26,327 bases of DNA from positions 1 to 26,327 of the forward strand of contig CAZNZI010000018.1 in the NCBI GenBank assembly GCA_964577475.1, in the 5' to 3' direction. Position numbers and translations under genes: made by a program. Shown here one piece after another: positions 14,785-23,531 of this stretch; position 1 is the stretch's first letter; the number at the start of each line of letters is the position of its first letter. The DNA is from an uncultured Rhodospirillaceae bacterium (GTDB lineage: Bacteria > Pseudomonadota > Alphaproteobacteria > Rhodospirillales > Magnetospirillaceae). Under the pieces are notes generated by a model. It saw nothing but the letters and a program-made list of their open reading frames with translations. It was not told the DNA's origin and ran no database searches.

Positions 14785-15879
14785 CTATCCGATGATGCGC
14801 CCGACCATCTTCGCCGTGTAGTCGACCAGCGGGATGATGCGGGCATAGTTGATCCGGGTCGGGCCGATCACGCCGATGGCGCCGACGATTTGTTCTTCAG
14901 AGTTGTGATAAGGCGCAACCACCAGCGAGCAGCCGGATTGGGAGAACAGCGCGTTCTCGGCGCCGATGAAGATCTGCACGCCCTCGGCCGAATGGGTGAG
15001 GTCGAGCAGACGCAGCATCGTTTCCTTGGTCTCCAGCGCCTCGAACAGCGTGCGGATGCGTTCGAGATCGTCGAGCGCGGTGACGTCGTCGAGCAGATGC
15101 GACTGGCCGCGCACGATGAACTGGCCGTCGCGCTGATTGCCGCCGGTCCAGGTGGCGAGCCCCGCCTCGACGACTTTCTTGGTCAACAGATCGAGCTGGC
15201 TGCGCTGACTTTCGAGTTCGGCCAGGATGCGTTCGCGCGCTTCTTCCAGCGTGCGGCCCGTGAGGCGCGCGTTGAGGAAATTGCCCGCCTCGACCAGCAC
15301 CGACTGCGGCACATCGGCCGGCAGTTCCATGACGCGGTTTTCGACGAGCCCGTCGCCGCTGACCAGGACCGCCAGCGCGCGGCCGGGGGCAAGCGGCACG
15401 AATTCGATGTGCTTCAGCGCGCGCTGCACCTTCGGCGCCAGCACCATCCCGGCGCAGCGCGAAAGTCCGGACAAGGTCGAGATCGCCTGTTCGAGCACCT
15501 GCTCGACGCTCTTGCCGGCGGCGGCACATTCGCCGTCGATCTGTTCGCGTTCCTTGGCGGCCAGCGCACCGACTTCGAGGAGGCCGCTGACGAACAGGCG
15601 CATGCCCGCCTCGGTCGGCATGCGGCCGGCCGAGGTGTGCGGCGCATAGAGCAGGCCGCCGTCTTCCAGATCGGCCATCACATTGCGGATGGTGGCCGGC
15701 GACAAAGCGGCCGGCAGCCGGCGCGAGAGCGTGCGCGAGCCCACCGGCTCGCCGGTTTCCACATAGGCTTCGACGATCTGGCGGAAGACCTCGCGCGAGC
15801 GTTCCGACAGCTCGATCACCGGGGATGAGCTGGGCCGGCGACTGGCCGAGAGGTCGATGATGGTCTTGTTGCGCGGCAT
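14785..15879 (-). CDS. hrcA: Heat-inducible transcription repressor HrcA, 364 aa
   Basis: RSREVFRQIVEAYVETGEPVGSRTL, SPATIRNVMADLE, PHTSAGRMPT, GVQIFIGAEN, GVIGPTRINY. Start 15879 is supported by TAAAAT-N6-ATG; alternative GTG 15819. Confidence 0.97.
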   Translation of the reverse strand: MPRNKTIIDLSASRRPSSSPVIELSERSREVFRQIVEAYVETGEPVGSRTLSRRLPAALSPATIRNVMADLEDGGLLYAPHTSAGRMPTEAGMRLFVSGLLEVGALAAKEREQIDGECAAAGKSVEQVLEQAISTLSGLSRCAGMVLAPKVQRALKHIEFVPLAPGRALAVLVSGDGLVENRVMELPADVPQSVLVEAGNFLNARLTGRTLEEARERILAELESQRSQLDLLTKKVVEAGLATWTGGNQRDGQFIVRGQSHLLDDVTALDDLERIRTLFEALETKETMLRLLDLTHSAEGVQIFIGAENALFSQSGCSLVVAPYHNSEEQIVGAIGVIGPTRINYARIIPLVDYTAKMVGRIIG

Positions 15880-15885
15880 ACCGTG

Positions 15886-15944
15886 ATTTTAGCGGGAATT
15901 CGAGGGTCGTACGGATATTTAATAACGGGTTCGCGGCCCGTCAA
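15886..15944 (-). promoter_or_regulatory. hrcA promoter region: -10-like TAAAAT 6 nt before ATG, plus an upstream TTGACG-N17-TAAATA
   Basis: TAAAAT 15891-15886; TTGACG 15944-15939 and TAAATA 15921-15916; motif match only. Confidence 0.4.
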
Positions 15945-15987
15945 TCCAGGGCGAACCTGAGGGTTTCCGGGGTGGTCGCCACCAGGA

Positions 15988-16016
15988 TTGCCCAGGCCGC
16001 GGCCAGCCGCTAGGGT
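15988..16016 (+). promoter_or_regulatory. Possible sigma70-type promoter of the rph-rdgB-hemW operon
   Basis: TTGCCC (15988-15993)-N17-TAGGGT (16011-16016), upstream of SD AGGA. Confidence 0.45.
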
Positions 16017-16051
16017 GGCGCCGCAAATCCATCCCCCGACGACAGGACTCC

Positions 16052-16774
16052 ATGCCCATGCGCCCCTCGGGCCGCACCCCCAGCCAATTGCGCACCGTCA
16101 CCCTGGAACCCGGCGCCAACAAATATGCCGAAGGCTCCTGCCTGATCGCCTTCGGCGATACCCGCGTGCTGTGCACCGCCTCGCTCGATGAGCGGGTGCC
16201 GCCCTTCCTGCGCAACACCGGCAAGGGCTGGGTGACCGCGGAATACGGCATGCTGCCCCGTTCGACCCATACCCGCACCGACCGCGAGGCCGCCAAAGGC
16301 AAGCAGTCGGGCCGTACCCAGGAGATCCAGCGGCTGATCGGCCGCAGTCTGCGCGCGGTGACCAATCTCGAAAAGATGGGCGAGCGGCAGGTGAAGATCG
16401 ATTGCGACGTGATCCAGGCCGATGGCGGCACGCGCACCGCGGCGATCACCGGGGCCTACGTCGCCCTCGCGATGGCGTTCGAGAAGATGGTGAAGGACGG
16501 CATGATCGGCGCATCGCCGCTCAGCGGTCAGGTGGCCGCGATTTCGGCGGGCCTTTACGAAGGCCAGGCCGTGCTCGATCTCGACTATGCCGAGGATTCG
16601 TCCTGTCAGGCCGATGCCAATTTCGTCCTGACCGCGGCGGGCGGGATCGTCGAGGTGCAGGGCACCGCCGAGAAAGACCCGTTCTCGGAACAGCAATTCC
16701 TGGCGCTGCTGGGACTAGCACGCCTGGGCACGACGGAACTGTTCGCGCACCAGCGGAAAGCGTTGGGGCGATAA
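16052..16774 (+). CDS. rph: Ribonuclease PH, about 240 aa (alternative start ATG 16058)
   Basis: [65 protein letters not shown]. Confidence 0.97.
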   Translation: MPMRPSGRTPSQLRTVTLEPGANKYAEGSCLIAFGDTRVLCTASLDERVPPFLRNTGKGWVTAEYGMLPRSTHTRTDREAAKGKQSGRTQEIQRLIGRSLRAVTNLEKMGERQVKIDCDVIQADGGTRTAAITGAYVALAMAFEKMVKDGMIGASPLSGQVAAISAGLYEGQAVLDLDYAEDSSCQADANFVLTAAGGIVEVQGTAEKDPFSEQQFLALLGLARLGTTELFAHQRKALGR

Positions 16775-16782
16775 GAGGACAC

Positions 16783-17385
16783 ATGGCGCACCGGAAATTG
16801 CAGCCGGGCCGGCTGGTGCTGGCCACCCACAACAAGGGCAAGCTGATCGAGATTCAGGACCTGCTGGCACCCTTCAAGATCGATGTGGTTTCGGCCGGTG
16901 CGCTGGGATTGCCCGAGCCCGACGAGACGGGCACCACCTATCGCGCCAATGCCGAGATCAAAGCGTGCGCCGCCACCGAGGCGACCCAGCTTCCCGCGCT
17001 GGCCGACGATTCGGGTGTGGCGGTCGAGGGGCTCGACGGCGCGCCCGGCATCTATTCCGCGCGCTGGGCGGGTCCGACCAAGGATTTCATGATCGCCATG
17101 GAGCGCGTCAACAGGGAGCTCGGCACCAACCCCAACCGCCGCGCGCAATTCATCAGCTGCCTCGCACTGACCTGGCCCGACGGGCATATGGAAACCTTCC
17201 AGGCTGAGTGGCCGGGGACTCTCGTTTGGCCGCCACGTGGCACGCGGGGCTTCGGCTTCGATCCGATGTTCATGCCCGACGGGTTCGACATCACCTGCGG
17301 CGAAATGGACCCGGCGATCAAGAACGCCAACAGCCACCGCACCCAGGCGTTCAACAAGCTGGTCGATGCCTGCCTGAAAGGCTGA
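16783..17385 (+). CDS. rdgB: Non-canonical purine NTP pyrophosphatase (Ham1/RdgB), 200 aa
   Basis: LATHNKGK, ALADDSG, PGIYSARW, GFGFDP, C-terminal SHR; SD AGAGGA before ATG 16783. Confidence 0.95.
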   Translation: MAHRKLQPGRLVLATHNKGKLIEIQDLLAPFKIDVVSAGALGLPEPDETGTTYRANAEIKACAATEATQLPALADDSGVAVEGLDGAPGIYSARWAGPTKDFMIAMERVNRELGTNPNRRAQFISCLALTWPDGHMETFQAEWPGTLVWPPRGTRGFGFDPMFMPDGFDITCGEMDPAIKNANSHRTQAFNKLVDACLKG

Positions 17386-17388
17386 GCC

Positions 17389-18567
17389 GTGAGCACGCCA
17401 GAAGATCGGCTCGGGGACCGCCCCTTCGGCATCTATATCCATTGGCCCTTCTGCCTGTCGAAGTGCCCCTATTGCGACTTCAACAGCCATGTGGCGGCGT
17501 CGCTCGATCACGACCAGTGGCGTACCGCGCTGCTCGACGAACTCGACTGGTTCGCCAAGCGCACCGGCAAGCGAACGGTGACCTCGATCTTCTTTGGCGG
17601 CGGCACGCCATCGCTGATGCAGGCCTCGTCGGTCGCGTCCCTGATCAACCGTGTCGCCGTGCGCTGGCATCTGCCTGACGATGCCGAGATCACGCTGGAG
17701 GCCAATCCCGGCGCGGTCGACGCGGAGCAGTTCGCGGGATTCCGCGCGGCGGGCGTCAATCGCCTCTCGATCGGTGTTCAAGCGCTCGACGACACCACGC
17801 TGAAATTCCTGGGCCGCAAGCACGATCTGAAGGAAGCACTGCGCGCCATCGATATCGCGCGCTCGACCTTCGGCCGCACCTCCTTCGATCTGATCTATGC
17901 GCGGCCGGAACAGACGACCGAGGCCTGGGAGGCCGAGCTGAAGCGTGCCCTCAGCTTCGGCACCGAACATCTGTCGGTCTATCAGCTCACCATCGAGGAG
18001 AACACGGGCTTTGCCGGTTCCTATCGCCGCGGCGAGTTCGCGCTACCCGACGACGATCAGGCTTCGGACCTCTTCACGATGACGCGCGAGATCTGCGCCA
18101 GCGCGGGCCTGCCCGCTTACGAAGTGTCGAACCACGCGCGGCCCGGCGCGGAATGCCGTCACAATCTGATTTACTGGCAGGGCGGCGAATGGGTCGGTGC
18201 CGGGCCCGGCGCGCATGGGCGACTGCGCGATCAAGACGGTCTGATGCGTGCGACACGCCAGCTGCGCAACCCCACACGCTGGCTCGAATCGGTCGCCGCG
18301 AACGGCCATGGCACCGAGGACGAGGCTGTGGTCCTGCCCGAGGAATACGAAGCCGAATTGGTGATGATGGGGATGCGGCTCGATGCCGGTATGTCCGCCG
18401 CGCGCTTCGCGGCGCAGGGCGGGCGGCCATTGACCGAGGCGCTCGATCCGAACGGATTGCGCATCCTGACCGAGAACCACATGGTCGAATGGCATGACGG
18501 CCATCTCCGTGCGACGCCGGATGGCATGCGGGTGCTCAATGCGGTGCTAGGGCGTTTGCTCCCTTAG
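17389..18567 (+). CDS. hemW: Radical SAM heme chaperone HemW (HemN-like), 392 aa
   Basis: IYIHWPFCLSKCPYCDFNS (CxxxCxxC), FFGGGTPS, TLEANP, NRLSIGVQ, DLIYARP, YEVSNHA, GPGAHG; follows rdgB as in the conserved operon. Confidence 0.92.
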   Translation: MSTPEDRLGDRPFGIYIHWPFCLSKCPYCDFNSHVAASLDHDQWRTALLDELDWFAKRTGKRTVTSIFFGGGTPSLMQASSVASLINRVAVRWHLPDDAEITLEANPGAVDAEQFAGFRAAGVNRLSIGVQALDDTTLKFLGRKHDLKEALRAIDIARSTFGRTSFDLIYARPEQTTEAWEAELKRALSFGTEHLSVYQLTIEENTGFAGSYRRGEFALPDDDQASDLFTMTREICASAGLPAYEVSNHARPGAECRHNLIYWQGGEWVGAGPGAHGRLRDQDGLMRATRQLRNPTRWLESVAANGHGTEDEAVVLPEEYEAELVMMGMRLDAGMSAARFAAQGGRPLTEALDPNGLRILTENHMVEWHDGHLRATPDGMRVLNAVLGRLLP

Positions 18568-18605
18568 TAATTTTCGCGGCGGCCTCTCTTGGCGATCCGC
18601 CGCGC

Positions 18606-18652
18606 CGACACATTCCGACATCGGCGCGACACGAGTCCGGCAAACGCCGACA
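18606..18652 (+). promoter_or_regulatory. Array of five helically phased CGRCA boxes upstream of the MCP gene
   Basis: CGACA at 18606, 18616, 18627 and 18648, CGGCA at 18638; spacings 10, 11, 11, 10 nt; -10-like TAGTTT at 18675-18680. Confidence 0.5.
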
Positions 18653-18791
18653 AGCTGCATTCGCAACTTATACGTAGTTTCCACAGCGACGAGCGCGATC
18701 CCGCGTTCCCTCCCCCGCGGGAAGGGCAGGTGGGCGCGCGGACCGGTTGCATTCGGGCCGGCGTGCCGCGCATGGAAAAACGGAGCAGAGT

Positions 18792-20477
18792 ATGAAGATC
18801 AAAAGCATCATGACCCGCATGTTCGCCGTGGTCGGCGTGACTGCCGTCGGTCTGGCCGTCGTCACCTATATCGGCGCCTCGATGATCGAAGACACGATGA
18901 TCGACGACACCGTCGCGCGGACCGGCAATCTGGCCCAGGTGGTCAGCGGCATCGCCAAGTCGTTCGACGAGCGCGCCAAGAAGGGCGAGATCGACGAAAA
19001 GACGGCCAAGGAAAACGCGAAGACCGTCATCCGCACGCTGCGCTATGGGGCGCGTCAGGACCAGTATTTCTTCGGTCTCGATTACAAGGGCTTCAGCACC
19101 GTCAACGGCGCGGCGCCCGACCAGGAAGGGACGGACGCGCATCTCCAGAAGGACCCCGATGCCATCCGCCGCACCGATGGATTGATCGCCGCGGGCCGTG
19201 CCAACAGCCATTTCTTCTATAGCTACAAGAAACCCGGCGCCAGCGATGAGCAACTGCCGAAGGTGTCGTCGCTGAGCAGCTACGAGCCCTGGCAGTGGGT
19301 GTTCGGCACCGGCACCTATATCGACGACATCTATGCCGCGTTCTGGCGGTCCGTGTGGAAACTGGCGCTGGCCAGCGGCGTCGTGCTGCTGATCGCCGCC
19401 GGCATCACCGTTCTTCTGTCGCGCGCCATCGCCAAGCCGATGCGCCAACTGGCCGACGTGGCCAAGCTGATCAGCGACGGCAACTATGCGGTCGACGTGC
19501 CTGCCACCGGCCGTTTCGACGAAGTCGGCACGCTGGCCAAGGCGATCCTGGTTCTGCGCGACCGCGCCCGCGCGGGCGAGGAGCAGCGCAAGGCCCATGA
19601 CGACAAGATGCGCGACATCGAGCGCCAGCGTCAGCAGATGATGATGGACCTGGCCGACAAGTTCGACAGCAGCGTCGGCGGCGTGGTGCAGTCGGTCTCG
19701 TCGCAGGCGTCCAAGATGGTCGATTCGGCGCAGTCGCTGTCATCGGCCGCCGAAGGCGCGACGCAGAAGGCTTCGACCGTCGCGGCAGCCTCGGAACAGG
19801 CCTCGAGCAATGTGCAGACGGTGGCCTCCGCGACCGAAGAGCTCAGTTCCTCGATCGCCGAGATCAGCCGTCAGGTTGCGCAGTCGAGCCGCATCGCCAC
19901 CACGGCGGTGGGCGAGGCCGACAAGGCCAATCAGATGGTGCAGGGCCTGGCCGATGCGTCGCAGAAGATCGGTGCCGTGGTGGCGCTGATCACCGATATC
20001 GCGAACCAGACCAACCTGCTGGCACTGAACGCAACCATCGAAGCGGCCCGTGCGGGCGAAGCCGGCAAGGGCTTCGCCGTGGTGGCCGCCGAGGTGAAGA
20101 ACCTGGCGACCCAGACCGCGAAGGCGACCGAAGAGATCGGCCAGCAGATCAGCGGTGTCCAGGGTGCGACCCAGGAAGCCGTGCAGGCGATCCAGGCGAT
20201 CAGCACGACGATCGGCGAGATCAACGGCATCGCGTCGAGCATCGCCGATGCGGTCAACCAGCAGAGCGCGGCGACCAAGGAAATCGCCCGCAATGTCGAG
20301 CAGGCCGCGCGCGGCACGACCGAGGTGACGACCAACATCACCGCCGTCACCGAAGCCGCCAATGATACGGGTGCCGCGGCCGGCCAGGTGCTGACCTCCG
20401 CCCAGGACCTCACGCAACAGTCCGACGCGCTGCGCGGCCTGGTCGCGAAGTTTCTTGCTGAAGTGAAGGCCGCGTAA
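18792..20477 (+). CDS. Methyl-accepting chemotaxis protein with single Cache (sCache_2-like) sensor and HAMP domain, 561 aa
   Basis: Two TM segments; periplasmic LRYG..QYFF..D..G, EPWQWVFGTGTYIDD; HAMP (RFDEVGTLAKA); signalling hairpin IANQTNLLALNATIEAARAGEAGKGFAVVAAEVKNLA; SD GGAG before ATG 18792. Confidence 0.95.
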   Translation: MKIKSIMTRMFAVVGVTAVGLAVVTYIGASMIEDTMIDDTVARTGNLAQVVSGIAKSFDERAKKGEIDEKTAKENAKTVIRTLRYGARQDQYFFGLDYKGFSTVNGAAPDQEGTDAHLQKDPDAIRRTDGLIAAGRANSHFFYSYKKPGASDEQLPKVSSLSSYEPWQWVFGTGTYIDDIYAAFWRSVWKLALASGVVLLIAAGITVLLSRAIAKPMRQLADVAKLISDGNYAVDVPATGRFDEVGTLAKAILVLRDRARAGEEQRKAHDDKMRDIERQRQQMMMDLADKFDSSVGGVVQSVSSQASKMVDSAQSLSSAAEGATQKASTVAAASEQASSNVQTVASATEELSSSIAEISRQVAQSSRIATTAVGEADKANQMVQGLADASQKIGAVVALITDIANQTNLLALNATIEAARAGEAGKGFAVVAAEVKNLATQTAKATEEIGQQISGVQGATQEAVQAIQAISTTIGEINGIASSIADAVNQQSAATKEIARNVEQAARGTTEVTTNITAVTEAANDTGAAAGQVLTSAQDLTQQSDALRGLVAKFLAEVKAA

Positions 20478-20494
20478 CGGGCACCTTCTCTTAC

Positions 20495-20523
20495 CCCGGT
20501 CCGCGGAGAATCCGCGGGCCGGG
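20495..20523. terminator. GC-rich hairpin between the convergent MCP and DUF983 genes (possible terminator or 3' stabiliser)
   Basis: 13-bp stem cccggtccgcgga / tccgcgggccggg (one T-G pair), loop GAA; no U-tract on either side. Confidence 0.4.
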
Positions 20524-20544
20524 ATCGCCCGTTGCCTGCGGCGA

Positions 20545-20931
20545 TCAGTGGGCGCGGTCAGAGCCCTCGGCGTTCCATGACCACAACAACGCCAACACGA
20601 AGCCTTTGCTGCGCGGCAGGAGCGCCAGGGTCATCAGCGCCACCACCGGGAGCCAGATCACTTCCTGGATCCAGACCTCGGGGTGGTATTTCTGTTCCAT
20701 GATCAGTGCGATCGGCACGACGATATGGCCGACGATGATGATCGTCACCCAGGCCGGCCCGTCATCGGCGCGCAGATGGCCGTAAGTCTCGCCGCAATCG
20801 GGGCAAGCGGCCGCGATCTTGAGATAGCCGGCGAGCAGTTTGCCTTTGCCGCAGTTCGGGCAGCGCCCGATCAACCCGCGGCCCAGCGCGGTCCAGTTGA
20901 GCTTGCGTTGTGCGGGAATGGGAGCGGTCAT
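20545..20931 (-). CDS. DUF983 domain-containing membrane protein, about 128 aa
   Basis: GRCPNCGKGKL..GYLK...CPDCG (two CxxC), DDGPAW, two TM segments, LALLPRSKG; GAGG 6 nt before ATG 20931 (alternatives 20943, 20970). Confidence 0.85.
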   Translation of the reverse strand: MTAPIPAQRKLNWTALGRGLIGRCPNCGKGKLLAGYLKIAAACPDCGETYGHLRADDGPAWVTIIIVGHIVVPIALIMEQKYHPEVWIQEVIWLPVVALMTLALLPRSKGFVLALLWSWNAEGSDRAH

Positions 20932-21027
20932 GGCGGGCCTCATCGAGTCGATAGGCGCACACGCTAGCATGACGCCCGATCCAGGCGTCGCGCACGAATC
21001 GCATGGCAGGCGACGGGAAACGAGCGC

Positions 21028-22233
21028 CTAGCCGCGCGGCTGGTCGGCCTCTTGCAGCTTCTCCCAGAGGCGTTTGGCTATCGATTGATAGGCAATCGCG
21101 TGCTTGCTCTTAGGCTGGGAGAGCACGATCGGCTTGCCTTCGTCGGAGGTGACGCGGATCGCGATGTCGAGCGGGATCTCGCCCAGGAATTCGGTGGCGA
21201 GCCTGGTCGCATCGAGCTTGGCGCCGCCATGGCCGAAGATGTGTTCCTCATGGCCGCAATTCGGGCAGACGAAGGTGCTCATGTTCTCGATGATGCCGAG
21301 GACAGGCACTTCGACCTTGCGGAACATGGCAAGGCCCTTGCGCGCATCGATCAATGCGATGTCCTGCGGCGTCGAGACGATGACGGCGCCCGAGAGGGGC
21401 ACGCGCTGCGTCATGGTGAGCTGCGTGTCGCCCGTGCCGGGCGGCATGTCGACGATCATGATGTCGAGATCGCCCCAGCGCACATCGCGCATCATCTGTT
21501 CGAGCGCGCCCATCACCATCGGGCCGCGCCACACGACCGGCTCGTCCTCTTTCAGGAGAAAGCCGATCGACATCACCTTCATGCCCATCGCCTGGATCGG
21601 CTCCATCGTCTTGCCGTCGTCCGAGGTCGGGCGTTCGGTCGGCACGCCGAGCATGCGCGGTTGCGAGGGGCCGAAGATGTCGGCATCGAACATGCCGACT
21701 TTGAGCCCGAGGCCTTTCAGCGCCAGCGCGAGATTGACGGCCGTGGTCGATTTGCCGACGCCGCCTTTGCCCGAGGCGACCGCGACGATGTGCTTCACGC
21801 CCGGCATCAGCGGCTTCTCGGGGCGCAGATGCGCCGTGCCCTTGCTGCCGGGACCACCCGCGCCGCGCGCGGGGCCATGAGAATGACCGTGTCCGCCATG
21901 ACCATGCCCATGGCCGTGGTCGTGACCGTGATCGTGGCTATGATCGTGCCCGTGATGATCATGCCCATGGTCCTGGGCGGGACCACGCTGCGCGGTGAGG
22001 ACCGCCGTCACGCTGATCACGCCGGGCAGCGCGAAGACCGCCTTCTCGGCCGCCTTGCGCAGCGGCTCGGCGCGGGGGCCACGGGCGGGCTCGACCTCGA
22101 TGGCGAAGGCGACATGGCCGTCCTTCACCTGGAGGCCGGTCACCATGCCGAGCGCGACCAGGTCATTGCCCTTTTCGTCATCCCGGACGCCGGCCAGGGC
22201 TTTCATGACCGTTTGTTGATCGACATTCGCCAT
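21028..22233 (-). CDS. mrp: Mrp/ApbC (NBP35 family) Fe-S cluster carrier ATPase with N-terminal DUF59-like domain and His-rich linker, 401 aa
   Basis: VAVASGKGGVGKSTTAVN, DADIFGPS, VVWRGPM, DMPPGTGD, VSTPQDIAL, ENMS.FVCPNCG, LGEIPLD; SD GGAG. Confidence 0.95.
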   Translation of the reverse strand: MANVDQQTVMKALAGVRDDEKGNDLVALGMVTGLQVKDGHVAFAIEVEPARGPRAEPLRKAAEKAVFALPGVISVTAVLTAQRGPAQDHGHDHHGHDHSHDHGHDHGHGHGHGGHGHSHGPARGAGGPGSKGTAHLRPEKPLMPGVKHIVAVASGKGGVGKSTTAVNLALALKGLGLKVGMFDADIFGPSQPRMLGVPTERPTSDDGKTMEPIQAMGMKVMSIGFLLKEDEPVVWRGPMVMGALEQMMRDVRWGDLDIMIVDMPPGTGDTQLTMTQRVPLSGAVIVSTPQDIALIDARKGLAMFRKVEVPVLGIIENMSTFVCPNCGHEEHIFGHGGAKLDATRLATEFLGEIPLDIAIRVTSDEGKPIVLSQPKSKHAIAYQSIAKRLWEKLQEADQPRG

Positions 22234-22406
22234 GACCCACTCCCTATAGGCGCCTTGAAACGCCCCGTACCTGAACGATCTTTAATGCGGGCCTGGGGGT
22301 GCCATGGTTGCGCCCCCCGGCGCTTGTGTCATATAAGCGCGAGACATCGCCAAGGAAAGCGCGGATCGCGCGGTAACCCTTGAGCCGGTGGGGAGACGAG
22401 ACACGC

Positions 22407-23531
22407 ATGTCGTGGAAGGAGCCGGGAGGCGGCGGCCCGTGGGGCGGTGGACAAGGCCCCTGGGGACGCGGTTCCGGCGGGCCCACCCCGCCCGATCTCG
22501 ACGAAATCTTCAGGAGAGGCCAGGAGCGGCTGCGCCGGTTCATGCCGGGCGGTTTCGGCCGCGGCCAGGGCTGGCTCTGGGGCATCCTGGCCGTCATCGT
22601 GATCTGGGTGCTGAGCGGCTTCTACACCGTGGCACCCGACGAGGTCGGCGTGGTGCTGCGCTTCGGCGGCTTCAACCGGATCACCCAGCCGGGTCTCAAT
22701 TATCATCTGCCCAATCCGATCGAGACGGTGATCAAGCCGCCGGTCACGCGCATCAATCGGATCGAGCTGGGCTACCGCTCGGGCGGCGAAGCCCCGCGCC
22801 GCAGCAATGCCGAGACGGCCAGCGAAAGCCTGATGCTGACCGGCGACCAGAACATCGTCGATATCAACTTCTCGGTGTTCTGGCAGATCAAGAACCCCGA
22901 GCAATACCTGTTCGACATCCGCGACCCCGAAGGCACGGTGAAGGTGGTGGCCGAATCGGCGATGCGCGAAGTGATCGGCCAGCTTCCCATCACCGCGCCG
23001 CTGTATGAAAGCCGCACCGCCATCGCCCAGCGCACCCAGGCCCGCATGCAGGAACTGCTCGACCAATACAAATCGGGCGTCAGCGTCGTGCAGGTGCAGT
23101 TGCTGAAGGCTGATCCGCCGGCCGAAGTGATCGACGCCTTCAACGACGTGCAGCGCGCCAAGGCCGACCAGGAGCGCGCCGGCAACGAAGCCGACCAGTA
23201 CCGCAACTCGATCGTGCCGGTCGCGCGCGGCGATGCGTCGCGCATCGTGGCGGAGGCGACCGGCTACAAGCAGCAGGTTGTGGCTCTGGCGCAGGGCGAT
23301 GCGCAGCGCTTCGAGTCGGTGCTGGCCGCCTATAAGAAGGCGCCCACCATCACCGAACAGCGTCTCTATATCGAAACGATGGAAGATATTCTGAAGAACG
23401 CGCAGAAGGTGGTGATCGACCCACAGGCCAAAGGCCTGGTCCCCTATCTGCCGCTGCCCGAGTTGAAAGCGAAACCGGCGCCGGTGCCGGCTGCGCCTAC
23501 GCACACCACGACGATGGGAGCGGGCAAATGA
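22407..23531 (+). CDS. hflK: FtsH protease activity modulator HflK, 374 aa
   Basis: MSW..PGGGGPWG, PPDLDE, single TM, SGFYTV.PDE.GVVLRFG, MLTGDQNIV, VIDAFNDVQRA, RLYIETME. Confidence 0.95.
   Translation: MSWKEPGGGGPWGGGQGPWGRGSGGPTPPDLDEIFRRGQERLRRFMPGGFGRGQGWLWGILAVIVIWVLSGFYTVAPDEVGVVLRFGGFNRITQPGLNYHLPNPIETVIKPPVTRINRIELGYRSGGEAPRRSNAETASESLMLTGDQNIVDINFSVFWQIKNPEQYLFDIRDPEGTVKVVAESAMREVIGQLPITAPLYESRTAIAQRTQARMQELLDQYKSGVSVVQVQLLKADPPAEVIDAFNDVQRAKADQERAGNEADQYRNSIVPVARGDASRIVAEATGYKQQVVALAQGDAQRFESVLAAYKKAPTITEQRLYIETMEDILKNAQKVVIDPQAKGLVPYLPLPELKAKPAPVPAAPTHTTTMGAGK

Noticed and set aside
18640-18660. GCCGACAA as a sigma28 -10 box, or GGCAAAC as part of a c-di-GMP-I riboswitch, upstream of the MCP
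   Set aside because: No TAAA -35 at the right distance and none of the other riboswitch consensus elements; better explained as part of the phased CGACA array.
18708-18734. ccctcccccgcgggaagggcaggtggg as a decayed arm of the CCCTCTCCC REP family in the MCP leader
   Set aside because: Resemblance is partial and C/G-run-rich, so it cannot be distinguished from chance by eye.
22308-22337. TTGCGC-N18-TATAAG as an hflK promoter, and CTTGAA at 22254 as an RpoH -35
   Set aside because: Plausible but weak; the CTTGAA has no matching -10 at a suitable spacing. Not supportable without TSS data.
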